64,000 bases of DNA, taken from Tubiluchus corallicola (Eukaryota > Animalia > Priapulida). Below, in pieces: positions 27,401 to 40,400 of this stretch. How positions within the stretch are numbered: position 1 is the first letter of the stretch; each line of letters begins with the position of its first letter. The stretch lies in NCBI GenBank assembly GCA_030141605.1, contig JAQGDQ010000802.1, positions 29,894-93,893 on the forward strand. The letters run 5' to 3'. The translations under genes and the position numbers were made by a program. Below the pieces are notes generated by a model. It was not told where the DNA came from, did not search any database, and saw only the letters and a program-made list of their open reading frames with translations.

Positions 27401-28165
27401 CCGCGATGACCGTTAGACGCAGCCATTTTCACGACAGGTCATTTGAAACAAGTTTAGATAACATTTTGTAAAGTTTGAAAAACAATCAGAGCATTCGTAG
27501 CGCACAAGTCACTAACTAAATAAAATTTTAATTCGTCTTGTCAATAAGATTAAAAATACGTTTTTTGGTTAGTGAGTGGTGCACCCTGGAGAGTGAGTCA
27601 GCGACGTTCTACCAATTGATGAAAACATTTTAAATAATTAATAATTTTCTTTTCTAGTTACATAAGTCTTTCTAGTAGGTAAGCGAAAATCTAAGTAATA
27701 TAGATTTGCACGGAAAGTCTTTTGAGATACAATTTAACATCGCCTTTTCTTCCCTTGATTTACGTTTGGTACATGACGTCATGTAATGGCGACTTCGGAA
27801 CAGTATTGCGGGAGATTTAAAATGAAAACAAACTAAAATTCCTTTCAGTGCGAGTAAGATATACCCTTAAAATTGCTATAAAGTAATATAATTTTTTAAG
27901 GCGATTTTTCTGAAACCTACTTCAGGTACCCCTTTTCTTTTCCTTTAATATTTACTATGTCTAGAAATGCTTTTGTACTTCGTCTTTGTGATCGTCTTTG
28001 TTATAAATTAATTCAAATTATATTTACAGAAATACATGTACTGAGTTAATCGTTATATAAATTATAGTATAAAATATGTATATATTTTAAATTTATTCTT
28101 AATAGGTGTTGTGAAAGTTAAAATTGTGGTTTTGATGTATATATGTAAAAGTTAGACAACTGAAA

Positions 28166-28203
<38 letters not shown>

Positions 28204-28370
28204 GTACTACTACTACTACTACTACTAGTACTACTACTACTAGTAGTAGTAGAATATGTATGTACAAATTGGCATTATGTATAATCTTGTTATCACAAAT
28301 AGCTATATTTTGTAAACGAACCCCTGCAAATAGAGGGGAAACAATGTATTTATTGTTTAATAAAAAGACT

Positions 28371-28458
<88 letters not shown>

Positions 28459-31400
28459 AACAACAATAATAATAATAATAATAATAATTTGTGATCGCGA
28501 CATTGTTCAGTCATTTCTCTGGTATTCCACGGCCATTTTTTCCATTAGATGCTCTTGTGTTTTATGTGACGTCTTGCACTCGAGAATTTGAAAGGTTTTT
28601 AGTGCAGATGAGAAAAATAAACGTTTCCCTAATCTCCTCCTGGTAATCCCATCTCATCCGCGACGGGCAGCTGTTGCTTGTAAAAAGGAACTCCGCGTGA
28701 TTTCCGCGCCTCCGCGTTTTCTCCACAATTTCGTTACGTAAGCAGAAATTCGTGATAAGCCATTGATGGGAAGGAGGCAGAAGACAGATTTAACGTGTAC
28801 CGCTTATGATAATAAACACAAGTCGACCGGAGATGCGTTATGATTACGAAATGCAAAGCCCTGCCAGCATTCCAGAAGCTGGGATATTGTTGCGATGGGT
28901 TGCTGAAGCATCGCGAGGGCACCGCCATTGACTAATGACAAGGATGAGGAAGCTGGGATATTGTTGCTGAAGCATCGCGAGGGCACCGCCGCCCCATGTG
29001 TTCCGCTGACAACCATTGACTAATGACAAGGATGAGGAAGCTGGGATAATTGTGTTCTTCGTGTTACTGGTGTTAGTGGCAAAGATGCTCGTTTTCCCCA
29101 CATGTGTGATTATTTGCATAACTGCTGCTTCTGTTTGGTACGCGAAAATTCGTCTTATTTTATATAGTTTTACGTGCCGTGCTAAATTCTTTGTCTCATT
29201 CTGCACCACTTAAAATGATTCTTTGTAAAGTTTTCTGTTTATTGTAATATTGTAAAGCGGTTGTACTCGCAGTGCTAATGTGTTTTGTTATTAAAGCCTT
29301 GAAGTTTTGAAGTTTTTCTGCCTAACTGTGAATTGGTTGCCAGTGCACTTATTCTGACAACTAGGTGAAGTATGTGATGCATGTGTGGAATGCATAAGTT
29401 GTCCAGTGGTTAAATGCTGATGGGATGATTTAAAACGATGTTTGTTTAATCAATTTCAACGCTTTATGTAATTGTGTTTTTAGAAATTGTGTTATCGTGT
29501 GAATTGGCTGAAATAATTTTGATAACTAATCCTAGCTTTTTAGGTGAACTACAGTGTCAAATAATATTTTCATTTTTCTGTCTCTTTGAACTAACTACAA
29601 TGTAGAACAACGTTTTCATTGTTCTATATTTTTGGTGAAAAGTACAATGTAAAACAATGTTTTCATTGTTCTGTCTTTTTGGACAAACCACAGTGTAAAA
29701 CAATGTTTTCATTGTTCTGTCTTTTTGGACAAACCACAGTGTAAAACAATGTTTTCATTGTTCTGTCTTTTTGAGCAAACCACAGCGTAAAACAATGTTT
29801 TCATTGTTCTGTATTTTTGGAGAAAACTGCAGTGTAAAACAAGTTTTCATTGTTCTGTCTTTTTGGACAAACTGCAGTGTAAAACAAGTTTTCATTGTTT
29901 TGTCTTTTTGGAGAAAACTACAATGTAAAACAATGTCTTTATTGTTCTGTATTTTTGGAGAAAACTACAATGTAAAACAATGTTTTTATTGTTCTGTATT
30001 TTTGAACAAACTACAATGTAAAACAATGTTTTCATTATTCTGTCATTTTGAACAAACTGCAGTGTAAAACAATGTTTTTATTGTTCTGTATTGTTGGGGA
30101 AACTACAATGTAAAATAATGTTTTCATTGTTCTGTCTTTTTGAACAAACTGCAGTGTAAAACAATGTTTTCATTGTTCTGTCTTTTTGGGCAAACCACAG
30201 TGCAAAACAATGTTTTCATTGCTCTGTATTTTTGAACAAACTGCAGTATAAAACAATGTTTTCGTTGTTTCTGCTTCTAAAGTGCCTAAAGTTAAGCAAC
30301 GGTGAAGCAGGTCAGTAAATGGATAGATAACTTCATGAAAAATTGTTTATGGACATTTTTAATCTTTGTCCGACTATTTACCTGGCTGAGGGTGAATGTG
30401 TAGTCATCCAAATGTCGCAGTCAGTTCGTCATTCATCTTGGAGATTATCTATATTCAGTAGCTAGATTCTTGTCCTGCCACAGGTACTGCCACTGCCACT
30501 GAGTACTGGATTCCAACTCACAAAGTGTTCGACTGTGTAAGAAGTATCCCGTAGTTCATTAGGCTGCGAAAAACTGTTGTTGAAAGGCTGTCTTATTAGC
30601 AAAACTGTGTGAGAGATTTTCTATTGCTGTGTGTGTTTTTATGGTTTACTTTAGCAGCAGAACACGTCTTGTAGAAAACTGCTAACTGTCATGTTTTGCT
30701 TGCGTACAAGAAACCAGATAGTAAGACGAAAAGATGAGCGCCAACTCAATGGTTTTTACCGTTGCAAAGTTTTGAGTTTGAATTTATATTCCTAGCCTAG
30801 AGACGTTAGAGTGAAGATTGAATGTTTGTGGTGAGTGCGCTAAATCCGGATCCCGACCGACTGTTTTAAGCCCTCTAGAGGCGAAGTCGTGAACTTTTGT
30901 AGCCGAGTCACGTTGACCTCTGCTGCTCGGCTTCTGGTTTATGACGTTTTGTTTTGCAGCAATTTGCTATTTCATCTGCATGCGTTTTTAAAAGCTATCA
31001 GTTCATAGTGGTTTATCTTTCTCGTCAATAGATGTCGCCAGGTTAAGCATAATGTACCATCATTAGCACTGTTTACATGTTGGTGTCGCCATCTGCGAAA
31101 ATTTGCATTGAATTCCTTCCTACTATTGATTACTAAATAATGAATGTAAATTATTAATTATTTAGTAATTAATTATAAATTATTAATAGTTAATGTAAAA
31201 TTTATAATCTTAATTTTATTTTGAGATTGTTAGTTTTATGGTAGAATAAATCACAGTTCTTGAATTTTTGAAATTAAACTTGTTGTAAAGAAAGAAAATG
31301 TGAAAAAAAACCGGCTTGAGTTTGAACCAGCAACTTTTGGATTACAGATTCCTATCGTTAGACGTATTTCTAATGAACAGCGCCGATCTCGGATTTTGTA

Positions 31401-34400
31401 ACTCATGGTTTCCTTCTATAAAGCGTAGTTCACACTGTGTTTCATCATCTGATTTTAATTTTCCATGTTTTTAAATTTATAAGCTTTAAATTTAGTCCAT
31501 TAATTGAATTAAATCTGAATTACTTGGTGATTGTTGACTTATTGTTCTTATAATATCAGATTTCTTACTAGTGGCAAAAGAATCAACTTCTACAAGTTTT
31601 GCTTTCACTAATGGGGAAAAACAGAATTATACAGTGTGTCCCGAAAAAACGTTCCATGCAAAGTTATATTACTCAGCATTGCACTTACATGTTTCAAACA
31701 TACGTAAGTGACAAAGAAAATTCTTAAGAATTTAAAACTTTTGTGCCACCCTGTAAAACGTCACTGCAACACCATCGCAGCGTGCACCGCTGGTTCACAC
31801 ATTGTTATTCGTATTGGCAAAATAACGTAACTTAAACTTTTGCTTAGTTGGTGACTTGTGCACTAACTTTAATGTTCAAACTTTAACGCAGTATTTTCTA
31901 AACTTGTTTCAAACGAGTTACCGTAGAAATGGCTGCTTCTAACAGCCATGGCGGGTGTTTAAATTACAAATTTTATACAGCGTTGCTGTTAATCCAAGTT
32001 GTGAATAAGACAGCGTGGGTGTGTTACAAAATTTCAAACCCCCATAAATAACTGAAAAAAATGTAAAAGGTTTGACTGATATTGAATTTGAACCGGGGAC
32101 TCTTGCGCATAAGAGCCCAATAATTCGTTTAATCTGTAGACCAGCCAGGTTCATATAATCATTGGTTGAACTAAAGTGTACTAAAGGTTTAAATTGTATA
32201 AAGTTGCATATATAAGTTATCGTATGTTTTAACGAATTTATATGAATTATAACGAATTTATATGAATTATAACGAATTTATATGAATTATAACGAATTTA
32301 TATGAATTATTTATCATTTCAGCCAAAGAATAAAGAATTAGAGGAACGATTAGCAAAATTAACCGTTAACGAGGGAATCGAATATAAACCGTGTGATAAC
32401 GCCATTCACAGCAGCTCGTCACATGAAGCTACGCCAGAGCCATCTAGCGATGTGCGTCAGAATCAATCAGCACAGCTACCTGCAGCAAAACCGCCAAAGT
32501 CGCTTTCTGTGGACAGTGCCATGACGTCCAGTGTCGATAGCGATCATGTGGTGTCATCTAGTGAGAAAAAACCAAACAAACTCGTGCGCATTGCTTCACC
32601 AGGTGGAGACTCTGTGTTGTCTCCGTCCAGCGATAGCGTCTTACCCGATTCTACGGATAACGGGGACATAAGTGACTCCTCTCCGTCTAGTTCAAATTCT
32701 CCGATTGACATCACATTAAAGGTAATGATTACGTTTTGCATTTGCTCAATTTATTCCTTAAAGCACAAGAAATCCCTCCATTTACAACTTAGAAAATTCG
32801 TCTTGAAATTTTATACCACTTACATACTGCCTTTTTCCATATTAGACTTGCGTCGGCAGTAACGCTGTATAAAACTTGTAAATTTAAACTCCCGCGATGA
32901 CCGTTAGACGCAGCCATTTTAGTGGTAGGTCGTTTGAAGCAAGTTTAGATAACATTAAGTAAAGTTTGAAAAAATAATCAGAGCATTCGTAGCATACATG
33001 TTACTAATTAAGTAAAATTTTTAATTACTGTATCTTGTCAATAAGATTAAAAATACGTTTTTGGTTAGTGAGTGGCGCACCCTGGAGGGTGAGTCAGCGA
33101 TATTTTACCAATTTGCACAAACATTTTAAATTTTTATTTGTAGTTACATAAGTCTTTTAAGCAGGTATGTATAGAATGCTAAGTATATAGATTTGCACGG
33201 AAAGTTTTTTGGAACATAATTTAACATTTCCTTTTCTTCCCCTGATTTATGTTTGCATAAGTGACGTCATGTAATGCACCATCAGAACAGTATTGTGCAA
33301 GATTTAAAATGAAAACAAACGAAAATTCTTTTCAACGCGAGTACGACATACTCATAAAATTGCTGTAAAGTAGTATAATATTTTAAGGCGATTTTTCTGA
33401 AACCTACTTCAGCTGCGCCGTTTCTTTTCCTTTAATTCCTGAATCCGTTTAGTATGTTTTACGCTTCTGCCGTAACTCCGGATAGTTTTTGTTTAAAGTT
33501 GCGTGAACTAGATTTTTTAAAGAGGCAGCAGAGTCCAGTGTCCTCGGCATAACCCTCGCGCAACTCAATGTAACCCTCGCGCAACTAATTTTTCCTCCAA
33601 ATTTTTTGAAAAGCACCGATCGACTCTCTCCTGGCTTCGCTTCGATTCTGCCGATCATTTTACAACTGCATGTGTCGTAATTTGTTAACAGATTCGCGCC
33701 GGTGTCGCCAAGAAAAGTTTACGTACCCCGGTTTGGTCGTTTTCGGGTTAACCATCTGCCCTTTGTAAACATAAACAAGCTCCTAGTGAAGACTGGTGGT
33801 GAAAAATGCGAGGAGGCTGTCGTAAGAGCTCGGGGGTATTATCACTTGAACCGCACGGCTTTGCTAAACTGGGATATAGATTTGCGGAACAATCGTGTAA
33901 ACATTTGCGGTTGAAGAGGCGAATTTTTTACCGTGTGATCACTAGCAAAGTTCATGTGATTTGTGCTTGTTGCGGAATTGCAAGTGTTTTTGAGTGTTTT
34001 TGTAATTATTACTGTTCTATCCTGTGCATTTCTTTGACATTTGCAGTTGAAGAGGCGAATTTTTTACTGTGTGATCACTAGCAAAGTTCATGTGATTTGT
34101 GCTTGTTGAAGTGGTGCAAGTGTTTTTGAGTGTTTTTTAATTATTACTGTTCTATCCTGGGCATTTCTTTGACATTTGCGGTTGAAGAGGCGAATTTTTT
34201 ACCGTGTGATCACTAGCAAAGTTCATGTGTACCTTGAAGTACGTGTGATTAGAAAGTGTGGTATTATTATTTTCCGTTTCTCTTATCTGCACGTCTCGTT
34301 TTTATTATTTTATTACACCCCATTTATTACGTTTTGTTTCATTATTAGGATAGCTACAGTTTACGATTGGGTCCGGTCTTCCTTTATCAAGTCACTTAGA

Positions 34401-37400
34401 ACGACTACTAGCCCAAGAATTGCAGTTAGCACACCATAAATAGTTACAGTGAATGTTAGCTGTTGTCTAACAAACCACAAACAGTTGCAGTGAATGTAAA
34501 CTGTTGTGTAACACACCACAAACACTTGTGCCAACAGAAAGTGATCATTAAATGATACAATAACATTCAAGAATGATGAATAGCACTGAGCCATGCTAAC
34601 ATGTAGCAACCTTCAAGGTCCCATTACATTTTTGTTGATATTGAGGCTTTATAGAGTATTCCACCCACTCCTTTCTGCAGGTAACAGCAAGTTCTTTTCT
34701 TCCTGAAGATAGATTTGGTTGAAGATTTTTATTTATCGTAGCTATTCAAGTTATTTCTAGTTTGCCAGGTGGTTTTTCCAAGGTTTTAAGGCTTCCTTTA
34801 AGACGATTCTTACTGGTGCTTCATTTGGTAAACTTAGAAGATGTCCTAGCCATCTTAATCTTCGGATCTTGAATTCCAAGGAATTTCTTTCTAGTGTGTA
34901 AATCTTCATTTTTGATTATGTATAGCCATCTTTTCTTTAAAACGTTCCTTAGAAGACTTCTATAAAACATGACAATCTGCTTTTCTTGACTAATAATCAA
35001 ACCCCATGTTTCACTGTTGTACACAAATATGTCGTAAGTATTAAATAACGGGGATTTGGATTTTTGTGAACACCGAAGGAAATTATTTGTGGACCAGGGG
35101 TCATTTGTGTCCACAAGAAATCAGAGCATGTCCACAAAAGTCAGGAAAATTTTGTGGACAAATTCCACGAACGTTGTGCTAAAATTTGAATTTGTGGACG
35201 TAAGTTTCAAAGCTAAAAGAGTCGATATCATCGTGAAATATCTTGTGTAAGCATTGCTTTATTGAGCATTCAGTCAAGTGTTACCAATTCTGGCATCAAT
35301 AGATAATCAAAGTCGCCAGTGAGCTTCGGGATCACAGCTCGTTCCTTGTCGATTCCATCACTGGACAATATGAACGCGCAGACTTTATCCCGTTGCAAGC
35401 GGCTCATGACATGCGTTGTGGTCAGCTTTACGAGGCTGTTCCAAGGTTCTTGTAATGATAGAAACCCTCCAAACATCCACAAGGGGCAGGGCTGTTTCCA
35501 AGGTTCTTGTAATGATAGAAACCCTCCAAACATCCACAAGGGGCAGGGCTGTTTCCAAGGTTCTTGTAATGATAGAAACCCTCCAAACATCCACGAGAGG
35601 CAGGGCTGTTTCCAGTGTTCTTGTAACGATAGAAACCCTCCAAACATCCACGAGGGGCAGGGCTGTTTCCAATGTTCTTGTAATGATAGAAACCCTCCAA
35701 ACATCCACGAGGGGCAGGGCTGTTTCCAATGTTCTTGTAATGATAGAAACCCTCCAAATATCCACAAGGGGCAGGGCTGTTTCCAATGTTCTTGTAATGA
35801 TAGAAACCCTCGAATTTTTTACCGTGTGATCACTAGTAAAGTTTATGTGATTTGTGCTTGTTGAGGAATTGCAAGTGTTTTTGAGTGCTTTTGTAATTAT
35901 TACTGTTCTATCCTGGGCATTTCTTTGACATTTGAGGTTGAAGAGGCGAATTTTTTACCGTGTGATCACTAGCAAAGTTCATGTGATTTGTGCTTGTTGA
36001 GGTGGTGCAAGTGTTTTTGAGTGTTTTTGTAATTATTACTGTTCTATCCTGGGCATTTCTTTGACATTTGAGGTTGAAGAGGCGAATTTTTTACCGTGTG
36101 ATCACTAGCAAAGTTCATGTGATTTGTGCTTGTTGGGGTGGTGCAAGTGTTTTTGAGTGTTTTTTAATTATTACTGTTCTATCCTGGGCATTTCTTTGAC
36201 ATTTGAGGTTGAAGAGGCGAATTTTTTACCGTGTGATCACTAGCAAAGTTCATGTGATTTGTGCTTGTTGAGGTGGTGCAAGTGTTTTTGAGTGTTTTTG
36301 TAATTATTACTGTTCTATCCTGGGCATTTCTTTGACATTTGAGGTTGAAGAGGCGAATTTTTTACCGTGTGATCACTAGCAAAGTTCATGTGATTTGTGC
36401 TTGTTGAGGTGATGCAAGTGTTTTTGAGTGTTTTTGTAATTATTACTGTTCTATCCTGGGCATTTCTTTGACATTTGAGGTTGAAGAGGCGAATTTTTTA
36501 CCGTGTGATCACTAGCAAAGTTCATGTGATTTGTGCTTGTTGAGGTGGTGCAAGTGTTTTTGAGTGTTTTTGTAATTATTACTGTGCTATCCTGGGCATT
36601 TCTTTGACATTTGAGGTTGAAGAGGCGAATTTTTTACCATGTGATCACTAGCAAAGTTCATGTGATTTGTGCTTGTTGAGGTGATGCAAGTGTTTTTGAG
36701 TGTTTTTGTAATTATTACTGTTCTATCCTGGGCATTTCTTTGACATTTGAGGTTGAAGAGGCGAATTTTTTACCGTGTGATCACTAGCAAAGTTCATGTG
36801 ATTTGTGCTTGTTGGGGTGGTGCAAGTGTTTTTGAGTGAGTAAACCAGTTTTTGAGTGACTGTGTCCATAATAGGCAGTCCATATTTTGTCCAATTCTTC
36901 CAATATCCGTAAAAGCAAGGTCCGGCAAATCGACATGAGTGCATTTGGGGCGATTTTTGCGTAATAAAAGTGGTTGCTATGTTGCGTTTGTTAACGATAT
37001 TATTGTATGATTCTAAATATTGTATTTGACTTACACAGTTAGAGTCAAAATTCTTCGTCTTTTCAGGATGATCTGTTTCTAAAGCCGTACGACGGTAGCC
37101 ACCCGCCGCCGCTGCCCACCCCGAAAAGAGCTGTGACGATAAACTTGCATAGAAACATGAGCGATACCATGTTTGAGATTGAGAAACATCGGCAGCAGGT
37201 TTTAGAGAGAGAAGGTGTGCCATTTTTATTTTCTCGGATGAAGTGTACAGTTTATTTTATTTAGTTTTTAAACTAATTAATAAATTGGCTATGAATTGTT
37301 TTACCAAAATCCAAAACTGCAGTATAGCAGATGAGAAGTGATTTTTGTGTTGGTTACCCATCCATATACTAATCATGGCTGGTGTTGCAAAACTACAATC

Positions 37401-40400
37401 ACTACGCACACACAATAAGCGCTTGGCCATTCCCACTGCCCTGACAAGAGCAAGTTGGTGTCATTCCATACACTAACCAGGTCTAGCAGTATATAACTAC
37501 AGTCACACCATAAACAATTAAATTTCACCCGCAAAAGGGTAATAATCTTTGAGCAAGACCTTTCCAAATAATTTGCAAAGAGCTTTTGAAGGCTCCCACG
37601 TTTAAAGAATTTTACTCTTTTGGGGGAAAGGGAGATGGCGCTGAGATGCGTGCCAACCACTTAGCGCCATAGTTAAGCTACACAGATCCTGTTTGTATAT
37701 GGATGGGAAGCCGAAAGGAAAGATCACTTCTGGCCGATCTTATCTGTTATACGCAGTTTACCGTGTGACGTGGCTGATTCCAATTTCGATAAAATGATCC
37801 AGTATTGTAATAGCGATGCTAGTATGTTGTATCCTAAATTGAAACTCTTTCCATGAAAATTGAATTTGGTCAGCATCGTTATTATGGTTGGTGATTCTTG
37901 CATAAAGAATCACTTTAAATTTTCAGATTATTTCCATTACTTTTTTTTCTATCACTGTGTGGGACAATCTAACAAGCCCTGCTTTTTGATTGCCCACAAC
38001 ACATTTACCTTCGTGTATAAGTGAACAGTGTTTGAGGCTTTTCCTGTGCAGTATTCTTATTCGTATTATGTTCATTGTAGGCCCTTTCACTAGATATTGT
38101 ATATGTAACCATTGTAAATGTGCATTGTGAAATAAATGACTTATGACTTATAAAATATGAATCTTTTCAGTTGTTGTATTTTTAGTAATAGTGTCTTCAT
38201 CGCCATTTGAACATTGCTTTGTGTCTTTCTCTCACAGTTGATTCAGGACAAAATTTTCCAATCCTACTCTTAACACCTCACCCCGACACCCCCCAACCCC
38301 CACCCCCGGTCTCTTTCTGTATGCATCTACAGTTCAGCATCTGCTAATACAGATAGTCTGCTTAATGTAGATGATTGTAGCTGTACCATCACCTATCAAT
38401 GAGATTCAGCATCTGCTAATACGGTATAACAGATAGTCTGCTTAATGTAGATGATTGTAGCTGTACCGGCACCTATCAATGAGATTCAGCATCTGCTAAT
38501 ATGGTATAACAGATAGTCTGCTTAATGTAGATGATTGTGGCTGTACCGGCACCTATCAATGAGATTCAGCATCTGCTAATACGGTATAACAGATAGTTTG
38601 CTTAATGTAGATGATTGTAGCTGTACCGGCACCTATCAATGAGATTCTTTAGTTTAAAACGGGATATTGAATTGGAAAAGGTATCGTAGCCACAATCGGT
38701 TGCACGTTTAGTCACTGTTTGTGAGAATGCCGCTGCAGATGAAGCCGCCCAAAAGTCATTTTCCTTTTCTAACCAGCTCCAACATTGCCTAACTGCCGCA
38801 ACTAAGCACACAACTTAATCCGGTTAAATTTATGGCACTCGTACAGATCAAAGGTGTGTCCTGTCCACCTGTTCTAATCTCTGCTGTACAATTGTTCGCT
38901 ACAGGTGTACATATAATAGACGAGGAGAAGCGGAGGTTAACGGAGCTGCGGAGGAGGGCGTCGGAGGAGGTACGAGCCCAGTGGGAGGAGCGGAAACAAC
39001 AGGAGTTGGTGGACGGAAATCGGAAGAGTTTTCACTCGATGGACAGTGAGGAGGAATCTAGTCCCTCTAGCAGCGAGGCTCACTCCGAAAAGGAAACCAG
39101 GTTAATTTTTACTTCATTGCAGTACAAAGGACCTTGGTTCAAATCCACGTTTTATCCCACTTTGTAACAAACTTTGTTTTCTTCATTTAATTTCAGAAAT
39201 TAAATAATTATGGGCTTATTCCATCATTCTCCATATAATCTTTAAATTAAATAAATAAATAATTATTTTACTTTTTCATTCTTATTCTCAAGAACATCGT
39301 TTGCACTTCATGTGTTTAGACTGAACATTTTTAAAGTTTTGAGCTCTGCTGCTATCTAAAATTGGTTATCTTTTCCTTTAAACAAAACTTTTGGACTTAC
39401 TGTTACCAATGCTTATTAATTTGCCTTTCGTTATGAAACTTCTTGAACGCTTTCTTATTGAACGTTCTGTTTCAATAATTTGTCGTTTTTTTACAATCTT
39501 GGTATTATTTGAGAAAAGTGTTCAGCGTTTCTGTGACACTTTTTACTGTCGCATGTAAATACTTTCAGCTAAATATTTTTTACTTCATTTCAAACGTCTT
39601 TATTGCCTACTTCGGGTCTGCAAAAATGTTGACGTTGAACCACAAGAAAACCCTCCACTTACATAAAGCTTTGAAAAATTCGTCTCAAAATTTTCTACCA
39701 CTTGCATACTACCTTTTCGTATACATGGCTTGCGTCGGCAGTAATGCTGTAAATTTATACTCCCACGATGACCGTTAGGCTCAGCCATTTTAATGGTAGG
39801 TCATTTGAAACAAGTTTAGATAACATTAAGTAATCAGAAAAAGCAATCAGAGCATTCGTAGCATACATGTTGCTAACTAAGTAAAATTTTAAATTACTGT
39901 ATCTTGTCAATAAGATACATTTTTGGCTAGTGAGTGGCGCACCCTGGAGGGTGAGTCAGTAACATTTTATCAATTGGTACAAACATTTTAAATTATTTGT
40001 CTAGTTACATAAATCTTTCCAGCAGGTAAGCGAAATGCTAAGTAATATAAATTTGCACGGAAAGTTTTTTGGGTCATAATTTAACATTTCCTTTTCTTCC
40101 CTTGATTTATGTGGCGTTCTGACGTCATGTAATGGCGCCGTCGGAACAATATTGTGGGAGATTTAAAATTCAAACAAATGAAAATTCCTTTCAGCGCGAA
40201 TACGATATGTGCATAAAATTGCTGTAAAGTAGTATAATATTTTAAGGCGATTTTTTTAAAACCTACTTCAGGTGCCCCTTTTCTTGTCCTTTAATTAAGT
40301 GAGTTTGACATTATAGACACCAGTAAAAATTGCCTTAAAGGAAGCCTTAAAACCTTGCAAAAAACCAGCTGGGAAATCAAAAAACAACTTGGATAGCTGA

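Noticed and set aside
31305-32150. Minus-strand B-box-like GGTTCAAA motifs near 31320 and 32087 (tRNA or tRNA-SINE)
   Set aside because: No cloverleaf can be built; at most decayed SINE heads.
35270-35864. Long repetitive ORFs in five frames (also 42668-43643)
   Set aside because: They result from a 57-bp tandem unit (a multiple of 3) lacking stops in those frames, inside a MITE-like repeat; no splice context or protein motif.
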